A DNA stretch of 64,000 nt from Promethearchaeota archaeon (lineage in GTDB: Archaea > Asgardarchaeota > Lokiarchaeia > Sigyniarchaeales > SOKP01), in the NCBI GenBank assembly GCA_019058445.1, contig JAHPZA010000006.1, forward strand, positions 1,212,220 through 1,276,219, in the 5' to 3' direction. The notes beneath the pieces were generated by a model. It searched no databases and was not told the origin of the DNA. It worked only from the letters and a program-made list of their open reading frames with translations. Numbering within the stretch: position 1 is the stretch's first letter; every line of letters begins with the position of its first letter. Below, piece after piece: positions 57,593-64,000 of the stretch. The translations under genes were made by a program, and so were the position numbers.

Positions 57593-59959
57593 TTGAATAA
57601 GGTTTCAATGAATATTATTTTTAACAGTTCTATATCCTTTTTAATGTTTTTAATTTTAAGTATCAGTTGTTCAATACTTAATATTATTTTTTATATATAT
57701 AAGAAAAAGGGGTATTCTTTAGATACCTTTAAAAAGGGCATATATGTTAATTTTATTTTTTCATTATTTTTTCTTATTATAGGATTACCATTTTTTATTT
57801 TAAATAATGGAAATGTGATCACAGAATCTTTCGAAGTATTTCTTTTGCCGATATTAATATATAATTTATCAGTCTTTCTTTTCGTGTTTTCTATTATCAT
57901 CTTCTTGTTGCCGCAGCTTGAGGAGGAAATGAATAGGATTAATTTAGAAATACCATCTTATCATCTTGCAAACAATGGATCAATTAAAATTGGAAAGATT
58001 ATGAAAGGTAATCACAAAAAATACAATTTTTATTTATCAATCAAGGATCTTGAGAAACATATGTTTATTTGTGGGGCAACAGGAACTGGAAAGAGTAATT
58101 TTCTCCAAAATTTTTTGATTAATTTTACACAACATCAAAATATTCCATTCTTTTTAGTTGAGTTTAAGGGAGAATATCATTTTTTACAGAAAAAGATAGA
58201 TAATCTCTTAATATTATGGCCAGGAGAGAACTTTTCTATTAATATATTTGATCCTGAAAATTCAAATCCTCATATCCATGCTGAAAGAATTTTTGATATC
58301 TTAAAAAGTGGACAATTTCTTGATGAAAACGCAGAATATTCTCCCCAAATGCAGAAAGTTTTGGTTGAAATTTTAACTAAGGTATGTAAAAACAAAAAAT
58401 CTCAAAGTTGGAAAGGTTTTGAATATTTTTGTAAAAATTATCTTGAAGAAAATCTAAATAATATTCCCATGTTAAGGCAAACTTTAATAAGCATTAAGAA
58501 TAGGATTAGAAGATTTTCAGAGGGACCTTTAAAGGCATTATTTGAAAAAAAAATGGAGTATAAAGTTAAAACCCTGTTTAAAAGAAATGTGATTTTAGAT
58601 TTAAGTTCCATTATTCGCTTGGGAGGTGAAAAAGAGGATGCCTTGTTCTTTTTAAATATGATTTTCAAATATTTATGGGATAAAAACCTGACAAAAGGTG
58701 CTTTCAAATATAATGGAATCAAACATATCACAATCGTAGAGGATGCGCAATACTTTGCCCCACAAGATTTAGTTAAGAAGAGCAAGCTAACAACCTATTT
58801 AGAAGACATCGCTTTATTACAAAGAGGTACTGGTGAATGTTTAATTGCTCTTGCTACACGCCCGGATATCAGTAGAGACATATTAGCTAATGTGGGGGTT
58901 CTGTTAACCTTGAAAAACCATATTGAAAAAGATTTGATATGTGAATTGCTTAATCTTGATGTAGAAAAAAAAAATTATTTATCAATTTTGGAGGAAGGTC
59001 AAGGTATTATTCGCATAAATTCCATAAAAGATCCCTTTTTATTATGGGTACCCTATATTGAACGTGAGTCTATAAATGTTTCAGAAATTAAGAGTAAAAA
59101 TGAACAAAATTTAAGAAATAAAAAATCAATAGATAATTCACTCAAAAGCGATGAAATGAATAAATTTTATATAAGAATTAGACAAATTGTACATTATTTC
59201 ACGAATTTTTGGAAAAAATTACGACGTAAGCCAAGAAAAAAAAGAGAAAAAGAATTGGATCAAAATTTAAAATTTAAAGGTGATGTTAAAATTTCAGTAA
59301 AAAACAATAATAATAAGGAAAGAAAGATCTTACCCTACTCTATGGTTGAGGAAATCCAAGGAGATAAAGAAAATGAGATAAATCGCACAATTTTGCACTA
59401 TAAGAATCTCCTATCGAGATATCGGGATATAATAAATTTATATAAAAAAGAAGTCTATGATGAAATGGCTATTAAGAGCATTGAATTGGTAAATTTTATA
59501 TTAGATAGAATATCTCAACAAATTGGTATAAAATACAATGATATTAATAACTTTTTAGAAAGAATTACAGAAATGAAACTTAAAAATAAATTTATTCTTT
59601 ACAATGATATAGAGCTATTAGCAACCCTTCTAGAGAATAGGATTGGAGCAAATTATCAATTTAAACCAGAGATATTATCTTCAATTTTATCAACCATTCA
59701 GAAAATTATGGAGAAAATAAGATCTCATACTGAAAAGAATGAAGAAAATAATTTTTCAAACGCCTATGATGAATTTAAATCAAATTCAAAAAAAATAAAA
59801 AAGAATCCCCCTTCTAAGAATAAAGTCTTAGAGAACAATTCCATTTACTCTGAGTTAAGCTTGAATACTTTAACAGAATTAGATAATTTTTCTAAGTTAG
59901 AATTATATATTGATGAATTAACGAATTGTTTAAAATCTAAAAAGAAAACAAATAAATAA
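57593..59959 (+). CDS. membrane-anchored HerA/VirB4-like (DUF87) ATPase
   Basis: Three N-terminal TM segments, HMFICGATGTGKS, FKGEY, VEDAQ, LATRP. Confidence 0.8.
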   Translation: MNKVSMNIIFNSSISFLMFLILSISCSILNIIFYIYKKKGYSLDTFKKGIYVNFIFSLFFLIIGLPFFILNNGNVITESFEVFLLPILIYNLSVFLFVFSIIIFLLPQLEEEMNRINLEIPSYHLANNGSIKIGKIMKGNHKKYNFYLSIKDLEKHMFICGATGTGKSNFLQNFLINFTQHQNIPFFLVEFKGEYHFLQKKIDNLLILWPGENFSINIFDPENSNPHIHAERIFDILKSGQFLDENAEYSPQMQKVLVEILTKVCKNKKSQSWKGFEYFCKNYLEENLNNIPMLRQTLISIKNRIRRFSEGPLKALFEKKMEYKVKTLFKRNVILDLSSIIRLGGEKEDALFFLNMIFKYLWDKNLTKGAFKYNGIKHITIVEDAQYFAPQDLVKKSKLTTYLEDIALLQRGTGECLIALATRPDISRDILANVGVLLTLKNHIEKDLICELLNLDVEKKNYLSILEEGQGIIRINSIKDPFLLWVPYIERESINVSEIKSKNEQNLRNKKSIDNSLKSDEMNKFYIRIRQIVHYFTNFWKKLRRKPRKKREKELDQNLKFKGDVKISVKNNNNKERKILPYSMVEEIQGDKENEINRTILHYKNLLSRYRDIINLYKKEVYDEMAIKSIELVNFILDRISQQIGIKYNDINNFLERITEMKLKNKFILYNDIELLATLLENRIGANYQFKPEILSSILSTIQKIMEKIRSHTEKNEENNFSNAYDEFKSNSKKIKKNPPSKNKVLENNSIYSELSLNTLTELDNFSKLELYIDELTNCLKSKKKTNK

Positions 59960-60080
59960 TGCCATAGAAATAGTAAAAAACCTAACAAACATGCAATTAA
60001 CATGGTTTTTTTAATTAATTAATTTATGATCAATCAAATTATAATTGGAATTTTTAACTCATTAAATACTAATTAAAAAT

Positions 60081-61323
60081 ATGAGTAATATAATTATAGG
60101 TATTGTCGGAAAGCCAAGTTTTGGTAAAATCTTGTATCAAAAGGCTTAGTTCTGGCAAATCTACATTTTTAAATGCAGCTTGTTTAACAGATGTAAAGGT
60201 TAGTGAGCTACCCTTTACCACTATAGATGCAAATAAAGGTGTCGCTTATGCTAAAGTAGATTGTGTTTGTAAAGAATTAGATGTCGAAGACAATCCTAAA
60301 AACTCAATATGTATTAATGGAACTCGTTTCATTCCGTTAAATCTTCTAGACGTAGCAGGATTAGTTCCGGATGCTCATAAAGGTAAAGGACTCGGCAATA
60401 AATTTTTGAATGACCTTAGCAGAGCGGATGTGTTATTACACGTAGTTGATATGACAGGAGCTCTTGATAAATCAGGCAATAGAATAGCGGATGGTGAAAA
60501 TGATCCATATGAGGATATTTTATTTTTAGAAGATGAGATAAATTATTGGGTTAAAGATATTCTTGAGAGAGAGGATTGGGATAAATTTACAAGGTCTTCA
60601 CAAGATAAAAAAAAAATGATTGTAGATTTGCATAAAAGACTTTCTGGATTGAAAATAACTCAGCAGCATGTGGTAGCAGCTTTAAAAGATGCTGCCTTAG
60701 ACGATAAATTACCTTCACAATGGACAGATGATGAGATGCTTACATTCTCGAAAACCATACGAAAAATTTCAAAACCCATTCTCATTATCGCAAATAAAAT
60801 TGATAAACAGATAAGCAGTAAGAATTTAGATAGGCTAAAGGAGAAATATAAAGGACCAATTATACCATGTAGCGCATTAGCGGAATATGTTTTAAGAAAA
60901 TATAATGAGGACAAGGCAATCAATTATCTTCCCGGATCTTCTGATTTCAAAGTTATAGACAAAGATAAGTTAAAACCTAATGAATTGGAAACATTAAACA
61001 AAATAAAAATAGAGATATTGGATAAATTTGATGAAACTGGAGTTCAAAAAACTTTAAATTATGCAATATTTAAGATCTCAGATCTTATTGCGGTATATCC
61101 TGTGTCAGATATTACACATTATACAGATAAAGATAATAATGTTTTACCTGATGTATTCCTTGTAAAAAAGGGGACTTTATTGAGGGACTTTGTAAGAGAT
61201 AAAATACATAGCGACTTAGCTAAGCATTTCATTCATGGAATTGATGCGAGAACCAAAAAGAGGCTAGGGGAAAATTATGAATTGCAGAATAATGATATTA
61301 TAAAAATAGTATCTGCGATTTAA
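60081..61323 (+). CDS. ychF: YchF/Ola1-family ATPase, two exons (60081-60117 and 60149-61323), 403 aa after splicing
   Basis: Spliced N-terminus MSNIIIGIVGKPSSGKSTFLNA restores the P-loop; PFTTI, DVAGLVPDAH.GKGLGNKFL, ANKID, TGS-like C-terminus. Confidence 0.93.
60118..60148 (+). other. 31-nt BHB-type pre-mRNA intron in ychF
   Basis: Outer helix GTCGGAA/TTCTGGC, bulge AAG, central helix AGCC/GGCT, bulge TAG, inner helix TTTTGGTA/TATCAAAA. Confidence 0.88.
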
Positions 61324-61350
61324 TTAAATTCATTAATCTTCTCTAATATT

Positions 61351-61524
61351 TTATTCTTGTTTTGATGTTAGCAGGACATAAACTAAGATTAATATCAAAA
61401 GTATTATCCCTAGCAAAATAAGAAAGAAATTAAAAATTTCTTCATCCTCAAATTCCCAATCTATTTCATATGCTTCTTGAAATATGTAGAGAATTGTGAA
61501 TAAAATATTGTTTAAATATTTCAT
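61351..61524 (-). CDS. small single-pass membrane protein (57 aa), not in the ORF track
   Basis: MKYLNNILFTILYIFQEAYEIDWEFEDEEIFNFFLILLGIILLILILVYVLLTSKQE. Confidence 0.5.
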   Translation of the reverse strand: MKYLNNILFTILYIFQEAYEIDWEFEDEEIFNFFLILLGIILLILILVYVLLTSKQE

Positions 61525-61697
61525 ATTAAGTAAGATTTAAGATTTAATAATTAAAAAAATTTCTTATATTCCATTGTACAACAACTTAAAATCGATTTTT
61601 TAAGAAAATCTCAATCAAATTCATATAATTTCTATGAATACAAACTAATAGTGAAACTCTTTTAAAAATTTTATTAAAAAAAGAGGGGATTTAAAAA

Positions 61698-61798
61698 TGG
61701 ACCTGACGGGACTTGAACCCGTGACCTCTTGAGTGCAATTCTTGCATGATCCAGAATATGAATCTGTGTCAAGCGATCTTCCGCTGATCTACAGGCCC
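61698..61798 (-). tRNA. tRNA-Ala(UGC) with a 29-nt intron at 32/33 (61739-61767)
   Basis: G3:U70 acceptor stem GGGCCTG/CAGGTCC; spliced loop CTTGCAC; BHB central helix CTTG/CAAG. Confidence 0.9.
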
Positions 61799-62065
61799 AG
61801 TGTTTAATGAATTCTTACACTAATTAAAAATGTTTATAGTTAAAAATCTTTTTTGTTTTATGCTTTTTATTTGAGATATTTAAGATAAAATCAAATCAAG
61901 AGATACTACATTAAATTTTTATGAGATTAAGATAGAATAACCATGGAATTTGATGGTTCTTATTAATATAAAAAGATGAGAAAAAAAATTAAAAGTAATT
62001 TATTCTATTTTACTTAAAATAGAGGTTATAAGTTTTTTTGCAAAAAAAAGGGGAGATTTAGTGGA

Positions 62066-62761
62066 TTATTGAATTATAGCTTTTTCTATTTTTAAAGCTC
62101 CATATCCCAGATAAAAAAACGTTGCCAAGAATACATATACAGCAATTTTTTGAATAGTGGCTTGAAATATTAAGCTAGTTATTGTATTTGGATTGTATTT
62201 TAATAGAATAACAATTATAAGATTAAAGAGATAAAGAACAAAATAATAAACGAGAATAGTCGCATATTTGTTTGGGTATGAATCCTTTAAAAAAATCATT
62301 ATAGCTAGTACTAATAATACCATAACACCTGTAGTAGTATATATAATCCCCAATAAAAGATGTGTAGAACCGTATAAATCCCAAGGAGTAATCATGGCAG
62401 CAACCCAGAAAGTTGATGTAATAAATCCAAAGAAAATTAATACTATCCGTAATTTTTTCTCCAGGTCTGTGTCTTTAAAAAAGTGGGAAATACCAATAGT
62501 GAATGGAGTTATAGAAACCGCTAAAATTGTACCAGAGATTATATAAAGAAAACACGATATTAAGTTAGATTTTCCAGAAATTGACTTCGTACGCCCCAAA
62601 TCACTAAAAAAATTTGTCCAAAAGGAATAATTTGATGCATTAGGATCTAATTTAGTGCCTCCTGTGTAAAAAATCATTGCAATAGTAGAAAGAATGACAA
62701 ATTGAATAATTGCAATTATTAAGAACATAAACGATAATTCATTCCAATTTTTTTCATTCAT
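62066..62761 (-). CDS. DUF998-like multi-pass membrane protein
   Basis: YSFWTNFFSDLG motif and about six TM segments. Confidence 0.7.
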   Translation of the reverse strand: MNEKNWNELSFMFLIIAIIQFVILSTIAMIFYTGGTKLDPNASNYSFWTNFFSDLGRTKSISGKSNLISCFLYIISGTILAVSITPFTIGISHFFKDTDLEKKLRIVLIFFGFITSTFWVAAMITPWDLYGSTHLLLGIIYTTTGVMVLLVLAIMIFLKDSYPNKYATILVYYFVLYLFNLIIVILLKYNPNTITSLIFQATIQKIAVYVFLATFFYLGYGALKIEKAIIQ

Positions 62762-63003
62762 AATCCTCGCTATTTGCTTTATTTTGAATTTAAAATTTGT
62801 TATTTTTACTATTTTCTTTAAATTAAGATTTAAAAAGTAATCTTAAAAATTAGAAAATCATATTGCAAGACTTTTTTAAATAAAATTTTAAAAAGAACTT
62901 TTTAGTATAATAGGATTGTAAAAATATGCGAAAAATAATTGAGATTTATACTGTATATTAAAAAACTTTTACTATAATGATTAAAAAATTAACCTATTTA
63001 CTT

Positions 63004-63711
63004 TTAACGACCCAATAAAATTTTTAATCTCTCTATTTTCGCAGGGTGTTGTATTGGAATTAAATCCCAAAACATACTTACATCTTCTCTTCCATAAATA
63101 TATATTTCATAAATCATGGATCTTCCATTACGTAATCTCTCATCTGGAGTATAATATATTCCATAGTAATCAAGAAAATCAATGATATAATCTCTAATTG
63201 GAAATGAAGTAATTGAAAAATCTATTTCAATTTGTCTGAATTTAATATGTCCTTCAGCATCAAATAATCCTGCTATGTAGTGAGCTCTTTGGGATAAATC
63301 TAGATGATATAGATAATAAGGTATTTCATCTAAAATAGAATCCCTTACTGAGCCAGCAGAAAAACCGAGACATTGAAGAAGATATCGATATACAACACTA
63401 GATTTAACATGACTATAATATGAACCACGAGGTTTATCATAATATAAATTTAGTTCTAAATTAAAGAGCTTCTTAACGAGGGGATGTAATACATCTAAAT
63501 GATAATCCGGATCTTCATCAGTTATATGAATTCTATTTGATGAGAGATTACCATCTCCATGCATTATACCAATAAATCTGCATAGATTATTTGTAAATCT
63601 ATCTGGTAAAAAAACTCTATAAGGTGAGCCTCTACAATAATATAAATTGTTTACTTTTCTTATGTCTGGATTTCTCCAGAAAAATCTTTCTAAGTCAATT
63701 AAACTCATCAT
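63004..63711 (-). CDS. free-standing double-motif LAGLIDADG endonuclease-like protein
   Basis: RFIGIMHGDG and HYIAGLFDAEG motifs. Confidence 0.85.
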   Translation of the reverse strand: MMSLIDLERFFWRNPDIRKVNNLYYCRGSPYRVFLPDRFTNNLCRFIGIMHGDGNLSSNRIHITDEDPDYHLDVLHPLVKKLFNLELNLYYDKPRGSYYSHVKSSVVYRYLLQCLGFSAGSVRDSILDEIPYYLYHLDLSQRAHYIAGLFDAEGHIKFRQIEIDFSITSFPIRDYIIDFLDYYGIYYTPDERLRNGRSMIYEIYIYGREDVSMFWDLIPIQHPAKIERLKILLGR

Positions 63712-63950
63712 TTAGATGTACATTTTTTGTTTAAATGATATTAACAATTATATAGGATGTAGATATTTAAAGAAAAACATAGTTAGGTGTTATAAATAAA
63801 TTCATTTTTTGTTGATTTTATGAAGAGAGTATAGATTGATCTGGAGTTCCATTAAAAATAATTTAAATCTAAAAATTAAAATAAAAAAGTGCGAAAGTTA
63901 ATTAAGAACCCTCTCAATTAAGTAGATTCCTCGCGGTAAATAATAATAAA

Positions 63951-64000
<50 letters not shown>

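Noticed and set aside
60118-60149. GT...AG boundaries suggesting a spliceosomal intron
   Set aside because: Removing this 32-nt segment leaves the gene out of frame; only the 31-nt BHB-defined excision restores it.
60103-60150. Called TTG start MSESQVLVKSCIKRL for YchF
   Set aside because: It lacks the IGIVGKP strand and the first Gly of the P-loop; the real N-terminus is in another frame and is joined by intron removal.
3009-62546. Other short ORFs antisense to or nested in long genes (e.g. 3009, 5795, 9787, 32289, 48628, 57691, 62268)
   Set aside because: They overlap well-supported genes on the opposite strand and show no recognisable motifs.

Overview
AT-rich archaeal chromosomal segment, most likely from an Asgard archaeon of the Lokiarchaeia type. 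This is inferred from roadblock, longin/uDENN-like, Rab-like GTPase, RING and EMC6-like proteins sitting among archaeal housekeeping genes (smc, cdc6-like, rpl15e, RNase P subunits, rqcH, tgtA, RPA, TFB, thermosome, AOR, mfnB). It holds about 55 CDS, three tRNAs (Arg-UCU, Ile-GAU, Ala-UGC) with four BHB-type introns at non-canonical positions, a C/D-box sRNA, and the 3' end of a 16S rRNA gene followed by a free-standing LAGLIDADG gene with no 23S behind it. Two signals missed by the ORF track stand out. (1) A canonical 31-nt bulge-helix-bulge intron (60118-60148) splits the P-loop of the ychF mRNA. (2) An 18-aa leader peptide with six Trp codons (24486-24542) lies upstream of trpB2 and resembles a bacterial-style Trp attenuator. 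No CRISPR array, transposase or integrase was recognised. All protein family calls come from motifs read by eye, not from database searches.
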